Part shown: positions 23,495-31,322 of the stretch, piece after piece
How the letters are laid out: every line of letters begins with the position of its first letter
Position numbering within the stretch: position 1 is the first letter of the stretch
Assembly (NCBI RefSeq): GCF_000009965.1
Contig: NC_006624.1
Span: forward strand, 810,001-842,000
Direction of reading: 5' to 3'
DNA length: 32,000 bases
DNA from: Thermococcus kodakarensis KOD1
GTDB taxonomy: Archaea > Methanobacteriota_B > Thermococci > Thermococcales > Thermococcaceae
The notes under the pieces: generated by a model
Seen by the model: only the letters and a program-made list of their open reading frames with translations
Database searches by the model: none
Told to the model about the DNA's origin: nothing
Made by a program: the position numbers and the translations under genes

Positions 23495-25984
23495 GTTGCA
23501 ATAAGACTCTAAGAGAATTGAAAGTTTGCCACCCTGAATCACTCTTGCAACCGCTATTCTGAAGTTGCAATAAGACTCTAAGAGAATTGAAAGCGTCTTC
23601 CTCATCGTCGTAGAGCTTGACCCTCCACCCACCGGGTTGCAATAAGACTCTAAGAGAATTGAAAGTTTTTTAGGTGTAGTTTGGTGGTGTGGGCGAGGTT
23701 CAGTTGCAATAAGACTCTAAGAGAATTGAAAGGCGGAGAAGAAGCCACGGGCTACGCAATACTTGCCTACGTTGCAATAAGACTCTAAGAGAATTGAAAG
23801 AAGAGACGATCATGCTCTCACCCCCAGGAGTTGCTCGTGTTGCAATAAGACTCTAAGAGAATTGAAAGAACGATTTGTTCTCTGTGGACTTGGGTCTCAT
23901 TGGGAGTTGCAATAAGACTCTAAGAGAATTGAAAGGGAACACATCGCCAGGAACCTCAAGCGACTTCGGGTGGTCGGGTTGCAATAAGACTCTAAGAGAA
24001 TTGAAAGCCAAAATGAATAAAAGCCCCTATCCCTAATAAATGTAAGTTGCAATAAGACTCTAAGAGAATTGAAAGGCAGATGGTGAGATGGAGGTAACAA
24101 TAGAATTTGTGGGTTGCAATAAGACTCTAAGAGAATTGAAAGGGTTAAACTCAGTCAGAGGGCCAGTGAGGTCCTGAGAGTTGCAATAAGACTCTAAGAG
24201 AATTGAAAGCCTGTGCAGCCTGGAGGTAGTAGTCACCGATCATTTCCTCGTTGCAATAAGACTCTAAGAGAATTGAAAGTCTTCAAGTGAAGCGAGGATT
24301 TCAGCGATCTCTCTCTGTTGCAATAAGACTCTAAGAGAATTGAAAGAACACTTGCGAACTTTCCCGGCCAGAACAAGGAAAGCGAGGTTGCAATAAGACT
24401 CTAAGAGAATTGAAAGCAAGTTTGAAGAATTAGTCAGTGAAAAAGGCAAACAGTGTTGCAATAAGACTCTAAGAGAATTGAAAGCAGACTTGCCGTTCAC
24501 TGGGACAGGGATGCGGAAGCGGGTTGCAATAAGACTCTAAGAGAATTGAAAGATGGACTGAAAGACCCTCTTCAGTTCTTCCGCGTTTTTGTTGCAATAA
24601 GACTCTAAGAGAATTGAAAGAGTTCTAAGACTCTCCCCAAGAAAGGGCACTACGTCTGTTGCAATAAGACTCTAAGAGAATTGAAAGTAGGACATCACCT
24701 CACGGTGCTGGCGGGAGGGCCTTCACGGTTGCAATAAGACTCTAAGAGAATTGAAAGAGATAACGCTCGACGTGCCAGCAAACAAAGCCGAAGTTGCAAT
24801 AAGACTCTAAGAGAATTGAAAGGAGTTCTAATGATTAGCTTAACAATATCCCCATCTGATGTTGCAATAAGACTCTAAGAGAATTGAAAGTCACTTCTCC
24901 TGAGAAACGAAAGGAGTCGAGAGTCTGTGTCGCAATAAGACTCTAAGAGAATTGAAAGTACTTCCGGCTAAGAACGAAAAGCCGCTCGACAAGCCGGTTG
25001 CAATAAGACTCTAAGAGAATTGAAAGACATAGCCCTCTCCCAGGCCGCACAGGTCTTCAGGTACAAGTTGCAATAAGACTCTAGGAGAATTGAAACGATT
25101 AAGGGTGGCGTCTGCGCTGGCGAACGGGCTTACGGTTGCAATAAGACTCTAGGAGAATTGAAACGTAGTACTTCTTAAGCATGCGTTCACGCCTTAGATA
25201 GGTTGCAATAAGACTCTAGGAGAATTGAAACCTGTGGTGGTCATGATAGTACGTGATAGCAGCACTAGCGTTGCAATAAGACTCTAGGAGAATTGAAACT
25301 CGCTATGACAATCTTTGCGTCCTCATCCATCAGAATGTTGCAATAAGACTCTAGGAGAATTGAAAGCTATCAGGCCCTCTGTCTGGCCAGTTAGGTCCTT
25401 CCACGTTGCAATAAGACTCTAGGAGAATTGAAAGGAAGATCGTGGCCAAGATACTCAACGAGATGTCGAAGGTTGCAATAAGACTCTAGGAGAATTGAAA
25501 GGTCTTCGCGAGGATCTCCCGTGAAGAAGACTGAGACCGGTTGCAATAAGACTCTAGGAGAATTGAAAGCAAGGACTACCTACAATTTCCCTACCACTAT
25601 CGGCGCGTTGCAATAAGTTGCAATAAGACTCTAGGAGAATTGAAAGAGAATAACGCCGTCACCGGCCAGGCGGAGCGCTTTAGGTTGCAATAAGACTCTA
25701 AGAGAATTGAAAGCAACTCTCATACATCACACCCCCAGCTCATAGATTTTGTTGCAATAAGACTCTAAGAGAATTGAAAGAGGCTCGCCGCGCCGCCGAG
25801 GAGCATCAGCGCTGGCTCGTTGCAATAAGACTCTAAGAGAATTGAAAGAGCTTATACATCACGTAAACCGTGAACGCTGAACCGACCAGTTGCAATAAGA
25901 CTCTAAGAGAATTGAAAGGTGTAGCAGTATGCCCAGAACCGTGCCCACTGCCAGGTTGCAATAAGACTCTAAGAGAATCAAAAA
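23495..25984 (+). CRISPR. CRISPR array: 37 repeats of 30 nt (GTTGCAATAAGACTCTAAGAGAATTGAAAG), 36 spacers of 35-42 nt
   Basis: I counted repeats one by one; start-to-start spacing is 65-72 nt, with a single 77-nt exception. I infer plus-strand transcription from the 3' ATTGAAAG (the 8-nt crRNA 5' tag of Thermococcales Cas6-processed repeats), the leader on the left, and a degenerate last repeat (25955-25984, ...GAATCAAAAA). There are no cas genes in the window. Confidence 0.98.
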
Positions 25985-26010
25985 TCCCAAAACAGAAGAA
26001 AAGGAAGGCA

Positions 26011-27252
26011 TCAGAACAGCCACTGGTTCTCGATACACTCGTCGCACGGCGGCTTCTCGCCGGCGATGGCCTTGAACTTTTTGTAGATACACTCCGGCAG
26101 GCCGAGCGGGCAGTGGTCAGGATACTGACCCGGCCTGACCTTCGTCGGATCGAGCTTGACCTTTATGTAGGCCTCGTACTCCTCGACCTTCTTCCAGGGA
26201 AGTACCTTAGCGCCGTAGATTACGAGGTCGTCTGCTATCCTTGCGTAGTCGCCGACGACGGCGTTCTCTTTGATGATTACGTTCTTTCCTACGACAACAC
26301 CCTCGCCGAGGATGGTGTCCTTCAGCTCGGCGCGCTCCTTGATGATGTCGCTGCCGATGAGTATCGAGCGCTTAAGGTATGCCTTGTCCTCCACGATTGT
26401 GTTCGGGCCGATGTAGGTGTAGGCCTTTATCTTGACGCCGTGGCCGATCTTCGCTCCCTCGTCGATGTAGACTGGTCCCTGAATCTCAACGTCGTCCGGA
26501 ACTTCAGCGCCCTCCTTGATGGTAATGTAGCCGTTGTCCTTGGCTATCTCGTCCATGGCTATCTGGTGGGCGTAGAAGAGGTCGTCGGGTGTTCCGAGAT
26601 CGACCCAGTAGGCATCTCTGGGCATCCTGTAGGCGTAAACTTCGCCCCTGGCCACGAACTTCGGCAGGACTTCCCTCTCGAAGTAGACCTCCTTGCCCTT
26701 CGGAATCTCCTCGAGGACTTTCTTGTTCACGACGTAGATTCCGGCATCCACGAGGTTCGTCTTCGGCCTGTGGGGCTTCTCCTCGAAGTGTGTGACCTTG
26801 CCGTTCTCGTCGGTTTCAACGACACCGAAGCGCTCCGGGTCGTAGACCTTGGTCACCGCGACCGTTATCAGCCCGTCGTTGTTCCTGTGGGCCTCTATCA
26901 GCTCCCTGAAGTTGAAGTTGGTGAACACGTCACCGTAGATGACCAGGAAGTCGTCGCTCACGTACTCTTCAACGTTCTTGAGCGCGCCACCGGTCTCAAG
27001 GGGCATCGGGTCGTTAACGAAGCGAATGTCCTTTGGATAGTCGGCCATCTTCTCGTCTATGAACTCCCTAATCTCGCCGCGCATGTAGTGGACTGAGAGG
27101 ATGACCTCGTCGATCTCGGGTATCTTCTCAATGTTCTCGAGGAGGTACTGGAGGTTCGGCTTTCCAAGGACTGGAACCATCGGCTTCGGTCTCGTTGAGG
27201 AAATCGGCCTGAGGCGGGTTCCAAAACCACCCGCAAGAATAACCGCCTTCAT
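26011..27252 (-). CDS. Sugar-1-phosphate nucleotidyltransferase (NDP-sugar pyrophosphorylase) with C-terminal left-handed beta-helix domain
   Basis: MKAVILAGGFGTRLRPIS (GxGTRxxP signature), hexapeptide-repeat-like C-terminal half, and a Cys-containing tail (CPLGLPEC...CDEC). ATG 27252 gives the family-typical N-terminus and lies 4 nt after GGTGAT. Confidence 0.88.
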   Translation of the reverse strand: MKAVILAGGFGTRLRPISSTRPKPMVPVLGKPNLQYLLENIEKIPEIDEVILSVHYMRGEIREFIDEKMADYPKDIRFVNDPMPLETGGALKNVEEYVSDDFLVIYGDVFTNFNFRELIEAHRNNDGLITVAVTKVYDPERFGVVETDENGKVTHFEEKPHRPKTNLVDAGIYVVNKKVLEEIPKGKEVYFEREVLPKFVARGEVYAYRMPRDAYWVDLGTPDDLFYAHQIAMDEIAKDNGYITIKEGAEVPDDVEIQGPVYIDEGAKIGHGVKIKAYTYIGPNTIVEDKAYLKRSILIGSDIIKERAELKDTILGEGVVVGKNVIIKENAVVGDYARIADDLVIYGAKVLPWKKVEEYEAYIKVKLDPTKVRPGQYPDHCPLGLPECIYKKFKAIAGEKPPCDECIENQWLF

Positions 27253-27275
27253 GAGCATCACCAGTATAAACTTAT

Positions 27276-27318
27276 GGAGGGAGCTTATATATTTTACGGC
27301 CGTAAAATATATCCCTCC
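27276..27318. promoter_or_regulatory. Long inverted repeat (26-nt perfect palindrome, extended by GGAGGG/CCCTCC arms)
   Basis: ATATATTTTACGG|CCGTAAAATATAT at 27287-27312 is a perfect palindrome. GGAGGG (27276-27281) pairs with CCCTCC (27313-27318), with a 5-nt bulge on one side. It lies between the feoC-like stop (27336) and the NDP-sugar gene start (27252). Confidence 0.6.
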
Positions 27319-27335
27319 CAGTGAACAATAGCCTC

Positions 27336-27602
27336 CTACCTCTCCAGAGAGAAGGCCTTCTCAGTCAGTTTGAACGCCTTTGCTCCAGTGGGTCTCAAAC
27401 ACGAACCGTAGCAGACCTTCTTCAAAGGACAGGTCTCGCAGGCCTTTGAACCGAACTCCACTTTTTCAACGTACCCGAGGCTTTCAAGAATTTTTATTAT
27501 GTCCTCAACCTCTTTAGATGAGAGTCCAAGCCTTTCGGCGATTTCGCGCTCGTTGGTGACGCCAGCTTTTATCAGCTCCAGAACATCCTCAAGCTTTCCC
27601 AT
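27336..27602 (-). CDS. FeoC-like winged-helix protein with C-terminal Cys cluster
   Basis: The 88-aa protein has a wHTH-like N-half (NEREIAERLGLSSKEVEDIIKILESLGYVEK) followed by CETCPLKKVCYGSC. This matches my recollection of E. coli FeoC (wHTH followed by ...CKSCPEGKAC). It lies 45 nt downstream of feoB and has its own SD (GAGGTGA). Confidence 0.6.
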   Translation of the reverse strand: MGKLEDVLELIKAGVTNEREIAERLGLSSKEVEDIIKILESLGYVEKVEFGSKACETCPLKKVCYGSCLRPTGAKAFKLTEKAFSLER

Positions 27603-27647
27603 GTGATCACCTCACTAAACTACAACTCCAAAAACTGAAAATAAAGG

Positions 27648-29630
27648 TCAGGAGAGGCCCAGGGCAATGCCCACGTGCCATATCAGAATGCCCACGATGG
27701 AAGCAACCGCTATCATGTAGGCTGTTGTGAACAGCGCCCACTTCCAGTTGCTCTCGGCCCTTATGGCACCTATAGTGGCTATGCACGGTATATAGAGCGT
27801 CGTGACGACCGCAAGTACATAAGCCTGAAGCGGAGTCATGGCGTTCTTTATAGCCTCCGTAGTTCCATATATGACACCGTAGGTAGATATGACGTTTTCT
27901 TTGGCTATGATGCCGAAGATCAGGCTCACAGCTGCTTTCCAGTCAAGGCCCATCAGCATCATGTATGGCTCGAAGAGGTAGCCAAGCGTTTCAGCGTAGC
28001 TCTTTCCGCTTCCGAGCTCAACCGGGTAGTTGCTGAGGTACCAGATGAAGATCGAACCTAGGAGTATCACTGTTCCTGCTTTCTTCACGAACTCCTTGCT
28101 CCTCTCCCATGAGTGGAGTATCACGGTCTTCCAGCTTGGTATGAGGTATTCCGGGAGCTCGATGACAAAGGGGCTCTCCTCGCCCCTTACAACGAAGTGG
28201 CTGACGAACCACGCCGAGAGCAGGGCAACGAGTATAGCTATCAGATAGACGCTCAGGGCAACTAGGGCATGGTTGGAGCTAAAGAAAGTCCCGGCTAGGA
28301 AGCTTATGACGCTAAGACGGGCCGAACAAGGGATGAACGGGTTCACGAACATTGCAACCAGCCTGTCCCTTTCATCCTCAAGGGTTCTGGTCGCCATCAC
28401 CGCAGGAACGTTGCAGCCGAGGCCGAGGATGAGAGGAATAACGGCCTTTCCAGGGAGGCCGAACTTCCTCATGATGCCCTCCATCAGAACCGCTACCCTG
28501 GCCATGTATCCAACGTCTTCCAGTACAGACAGGGCGAAGAACAGGAGAAAGACCAGCGGGAAGAAGCTGAGTACCGACCCAACGCCGCCGATTACGCCGT
28601 CAACTACCAGGCCCCTGAGGGTCTCGTTCGCGATGTGGGGTGCAAGCCACTCGCCAAACGAGGCAAAGAGGCCGTCAAGCCACTCCTGGAGGGGCAAACC
28701 AAGGGCAAAGACGAACTTAAAGACCCCGTAGAAAACTATGGCAAGTGCTATGAAGCCGTAAACTGGGTGTATCAAAATCCTGTCGAGCTGGTCCGTCAGG
28801 CTCTCTCCTTCCCTGCCCGCGTAGCTCATGAACTCGTGGGTGAGCCTGTCTATGAACTCGTACTTCTGGCTGGCTATTATGAGATCCATCGCCCTGCCGT
28901 AGCGCGCCTCTGCTTCACCTATGTGGGTCATTATCTCCTTCAGCTTCTCCTCGCCGATGTGCCTGAGGACGAGCTTCATAACTTCATCATCACGCTGGAG
29001 GAGCTTTATTGCCAGCCAGCGAAGAGGATAGCGCTTTTCAAGTTCCGTTCCCTTCAGACAACCGATTATGTGCTCTATCTCCCTCTCCACCTCTGGATCG
29101 TATCTTGGAACGACGGGGTTAGTTTTTACCATCCCGTTGGCCATCTCGTATATTTTCTCCTTCAGCTCCTCGACGCCTATGCCTTCCTTGGCACTCATCG
29201 CTACGACAGGAACTCCAAGAGCCTTTGACATCTTTATGGGGTCTATCCGTATCCCTTTTTTCTCCGCCAGGTCGATCTTGTTTAGCGCTATTACCACGTT
29301 CTTCAGGCCCATCTCAAAGATTTCCATGGTTAGAAGGAGATTCCTCAGGAGAGAGGTCGCATCAACAACGTTCACAACAACGTCGGGGTTTCCGTTGAGT
29401 AGAAAGTTCCTCGCAACCAGCTCGTCAATTGAATGTGCCGTTAGGGAATACGTACCCGGAAGATCCACCACGAGAAACTTCTCACCCTTGTACTCGAAAA
29501 CGCCCTCCTTCTTCTCGACCGTAACGCCGGGCCAGTTGCCAACGTGCTGCCTCATCCCCGTTAGGCTGTTAAAAACCGTTGTTTTGCCAACGTTGGGGTT
29601 TCCGGCGAGAGCAACGACCTTCATTGCCAT
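27648..29630 (-). CDS. feoB: Ferrous iron transporter FeoB (G-domain + permease)
   Basis: G1 motif GNPNVGKTT, then WPGVTVEKKEG, and a large polytopic C-terminal domain. ATG 29630 lies 5 nt after GGGTGG; the ORF track starts at 29639. Confidence 0.95.
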   Translation of the reverse strand: MAMKVVALAGNPNVGKTTVFNSLTGMRQHVGNWPGVTVEKKEGVFEYKGEKFLVVDLPGTYSLTAHSIDELVARNFLLNGNPDVVVNVVDATSLLRNLLLTMEIFEMGLKNVVIALNKIDLAEKKGIRIDPIKMSKALGVPVVAMSAKEGIGVEELKEKIYEMANGMVKTNPVVPRYDPEVEREIEHIIGCLKGTELEKRYPLRWLAIKLLQRDDEVMKLVLRHIGEEKLKEIMTHIGEAEARYGRAMDLIIASQKYEFIDRLTHEFMSYAGREGESLTDQLDRILIHPVYGFIALAIVFYGVFKFVFALGLPLQEWLDGLFASFGEWLAPHIANETLRGLVVDGVIGGVGSVLSFFPLVFLLFFALSVLEDVGYMARVAVLMEGIMRKFGLPGKAVIPLILGLGCNVPAVMATRTLEDERDRLVAMFVNPFIPCSARLSVISFLAGTFFSSNHALVALSVYLIAILVALLSAWFVSHFVVRGEESPFVIELPEYLIPSWKTVILHSWERSKEFVKKAGTVILLGSIFIWYLSNYPVELGSGKSYAETLGYLFEPYMMLMGLDWKAAVSLIFGIIAKENVISTYGVIYGTTEAIKNAMTPLQAYVLAVVTTLYIPCIATIGAIRAESNWKWALFTTAYMIAVASIVGILIWHVGIALGLS

Positions 29631-29649
29631 TTTAACCACCCGAAGGATT

Positions 29650-29877
29650 CTAAAGCTTCCTCACAATGATTCGTGAGGCCATTCCTCTCCCAATAGCAAA
29701 TCGAGTGCCGCTAACGCTTATGATTAGCGGGCCAGGGTTGTAGACTTCGATGACCTGAACGACCGCACCGGGGGTTATCCCCATTCCTAGCAGTCTGTTT
29801 CTGAATCCTGGACCCCCCTGGAGGTTAACGACAATCCCCCTCTCCCCAGGCTTTAGAGAATTCAATGGAACGATCAT
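29650..29877 (-). CDS. feoA: FeoA (small SH3-like ferrous iron transport protein)
   Basis: A roughly 75-aa protein (LKPGERGIVVNL...GITPGAVVQVI) immediately upstream of feoB. The start is ambiguous among GTG 29886, ATG 29883 and ATG 29877. Confidence 0.85.
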   Translation of the reverse strand: MIVPLNSLKPGERGIVVNLQGGPGFRNRLLGMGITPGAVVQVIEVYNPGPLIISVSGTRFAIGRGMASRIIVRKL

Positions 29878-29936
29878 GAGCATCACCGTTAGGTTTTCCT
29901 AATCCAACTTCAAGTCTCTCGATGTCCTTAAAAGCC

Positions 29937-29955
29937 TTTGGTGAGCCTAACAAAA
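29937..29955. promoter_or_regulatory. DtxR-type operator-like imperfect palindrome next to the feoA TATA box
   Basis: TTTGGTGAGCCTAACAAAA matches 15 of 19 positions of the DtxR operator consensus as I recall it (TTAGGTTAGCCTAACCTAA). Its half-sites match each other at 7 of 9 positions. It abuts the upstream side of the TTTTAA element (29928-29933, minus strand) of the feoA promoter. Confidence 0.5.
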
Positions 29956-30106
29956 CTCAGCGGTTCGAAGAGAAGCGGAAGGGGGTTCAAAAAGTGCACT
30001 ACCCCAGATAAGACTCATAAAAAATTATAAAATGCAAAGTTTTATGTAGTTTGAAGCCGTAGCTAATCCGTAATAATCCGCATAGGGCGGAAAGGAGGTG
30101 TTGGTT

Positions 30107-30472
30107 ATGGAAGAAGCCCCAACTGGAGCACCGCAAAAGAGGACTTCCCTCGGCCTCGATGAGAACATCGAGGGACTGCTCGCATACCTGCTTGGTTTTG
30201 TTACGGGAATAATACTCCTGCTCCTTGAGAAGGAAAGCGATTTCGTCCGTTTCCACGCTATGCAGTCAACGATAATCTTTCTCCCGCTGTGGATTGCCAT
30301 AAAGATCTTCTCGTACATACCTATCCTGGGCTGGATTATCGCAGATCTCCTAGGTTTAATAGGCCTTGTTGTTTGGATTGTTGGTATGGTCAAGGCCTAC
30401 CAGGGAGAGCGCTACAAGTTCCCAATTGCGGGAGATCTGGCAGAACAGTGGCTCGGCAAGGTGAACGTCTGA
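30107..30472 (+). CDS. DUF4870-like small integral membrane protein
   Basis: Three or four TM helices, and a conserved-looking EKESDFVRFHAMQS motif. A strong SD (AGGAGGTG) lies 6 nt upstream of ATG 30107. Confidence 0.6.
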   Translation: MEEAPTGAPQKRTSLGLDENIEGLLAYLLGFVTGIILLLLEKESDFVRFHAMQSTIIFLPLWIAIKIFSYIPILGWIIADLLGLIGLVVWIVGMVKAYQGERYKFPIAGDLAEQWLGKVNV

Positions 30473-30503
30473 AGGTTTTTAATGCCCTTTTCAAACTTTC
30501 TTT

Positions 30504-31322
30504 ATGCTCGCGGAAGTCATCGAGGAAACAAGAAAGTTCGCCGAGAAAAAAGGCCTTTTCGAAAAACGGGTTCTTATGCTGTTCTCTGGGGGAAAGGACA
30601 GTTCTCTCGCTCTCTACATTCTAAAAGAAGCGGGCCTCGACGTCTCGGCCTTGACCTTCTTCCATCGCTGGAGCTGGAGGGAAACCCTCAACTGGGCGAT
30701 GAGGTTCACCAAAAAGCTCAGCGTCGAGCACTATCTTGTGGACATAACAGAGGGACTTCTCCGCGAGGCCGTTGGCAGGAAAGGGCCAGTCTGCATCAAC
30801 TGTAAGAAGGTGATGCTCTGGAACGCCAAGTGGTTCGCCCTCAACAGCGGCTTCGACGTTTTAGCCAAAGGGGACAACGCGAACGACAAGATAATCGGTG
30901 CGCTCCTCGACCAGTGCGAAGGGGACATACGGCTCTGCGAGATTCCGAGGATGGGTATCCCCTTCTTCCGCCCCCTGATAAAGTACCCTGCCGAGATCGT
31001 TGAAGAGCTCGCCGAAGAGGCAGGAATAAGACCCTACCGCATGTACGAGCACGCGAGGAGGAGGCAGTGGAGGGAGGGCTGCCCTCTCCAGTACATAGAC
31101 AAGGAGGAAATAGTAACCCCCCAACTCATGGACTTGGCCTACAAGGTGAACTACGAGGTGAGCAAGGTAGCGAGGAGAAAGAGAGTAAGGGTTAGCGTCC
31201 GCGTCCCGAGCTTTGAGATAATGTGCTGGGACTGCGACGAGGAGACGCTGGAAGAGGTTAAGTCGATAATCAGACGCTTTGGAGGGAAAGCCAATGCTCC
31301 CGCCGGGAAAGCTGAGAAATGA
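30504..31322 (+). CDS. PP-loop ATP pyrophosphatase superfamily protein (adenine nucleotide alpha-hydrolase), specific function unknown
   Basis: PP-loop SGGKDS at residues about 28-33, with Cys pairs (CINC, CWDC). There is no SD. TTTTTAAT at 30476-30483 lies about 25 nt upstream of the ATG, which fits a leaderless mRNA. Confidence 0.75.
   Translation: MLAEVIEETRKFAEKKGLFEKRVLMLFSGGKDSSLALYILKEAGLDVSALTFFHRWSWRETLNWAMRFTKKLSVEHYLVDITEGLLREAVGRKGPVCINCKKVMLWNAKWFALNSGFDVLAKGDNANDKIIGALLDQCEGDIRLCEIPRMGIPFFRPLIKYPAEIVEELAEEAGIRPYRMYEHARRRQWREGCPLQYIDKEEIVTPQLMDLAYKVNYEVSKVARRKRVRVSVRVPSFEIMCWDCDEETLEEVKSIIRRFGGKANAPAGKAEK

Noticed and set aside
24621-24838. Spacers 17 (24621-) and 20 (24823-) share the word AGTTCTAA near their 5' ends
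   Set aside because: An 8-nt match between two of 36 spacers is within chance expectation, and the rest of the two spacers is unrelated.
23292-26092. ORF-track entries inside the leader and array (23292-23642, 23897-24100, 24264-24500, 25859-26092)
   Set aside because: Their peptides contain the translated repeat over and over (FNSLRVLLQ and SILLESYCN). They are reading frames through CRISPR repeats, not genes.
25870-27096. 408-aa plus-strand ORF spanning the end of the CRISPR array and the NDP-sugar transferase gene
   Set aside because: It begins inside CRISPR repeats and spacers and runs antisense to a well-supported gene. The translation is a V/L/D-rich artefact.
23037-27261. Search for unannotated cas or defence genes flanking the CRISPR array
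   Set aside because: The left flank is maf plus a non-coding leader. The right flank is a standard NDP-sugar nucleotidyltransferase followed by the feo operon. No unexplained coding capacity remains.
30008-30031. Possible solitary degenerate CRISPR repeat in the feoA / DUF4870 intergenic region (ATAAGACTC plus an A/T-rich tail; 17 of 24 positions match repeat positions 7-30)
   Set aside because: Several 9-mer matches to a 30-nt repeat are expected by chance in a window this size. The remaining matches are mostly A or T within a TATA-rich promoter. There is no adjacent spacer-repeat unit.
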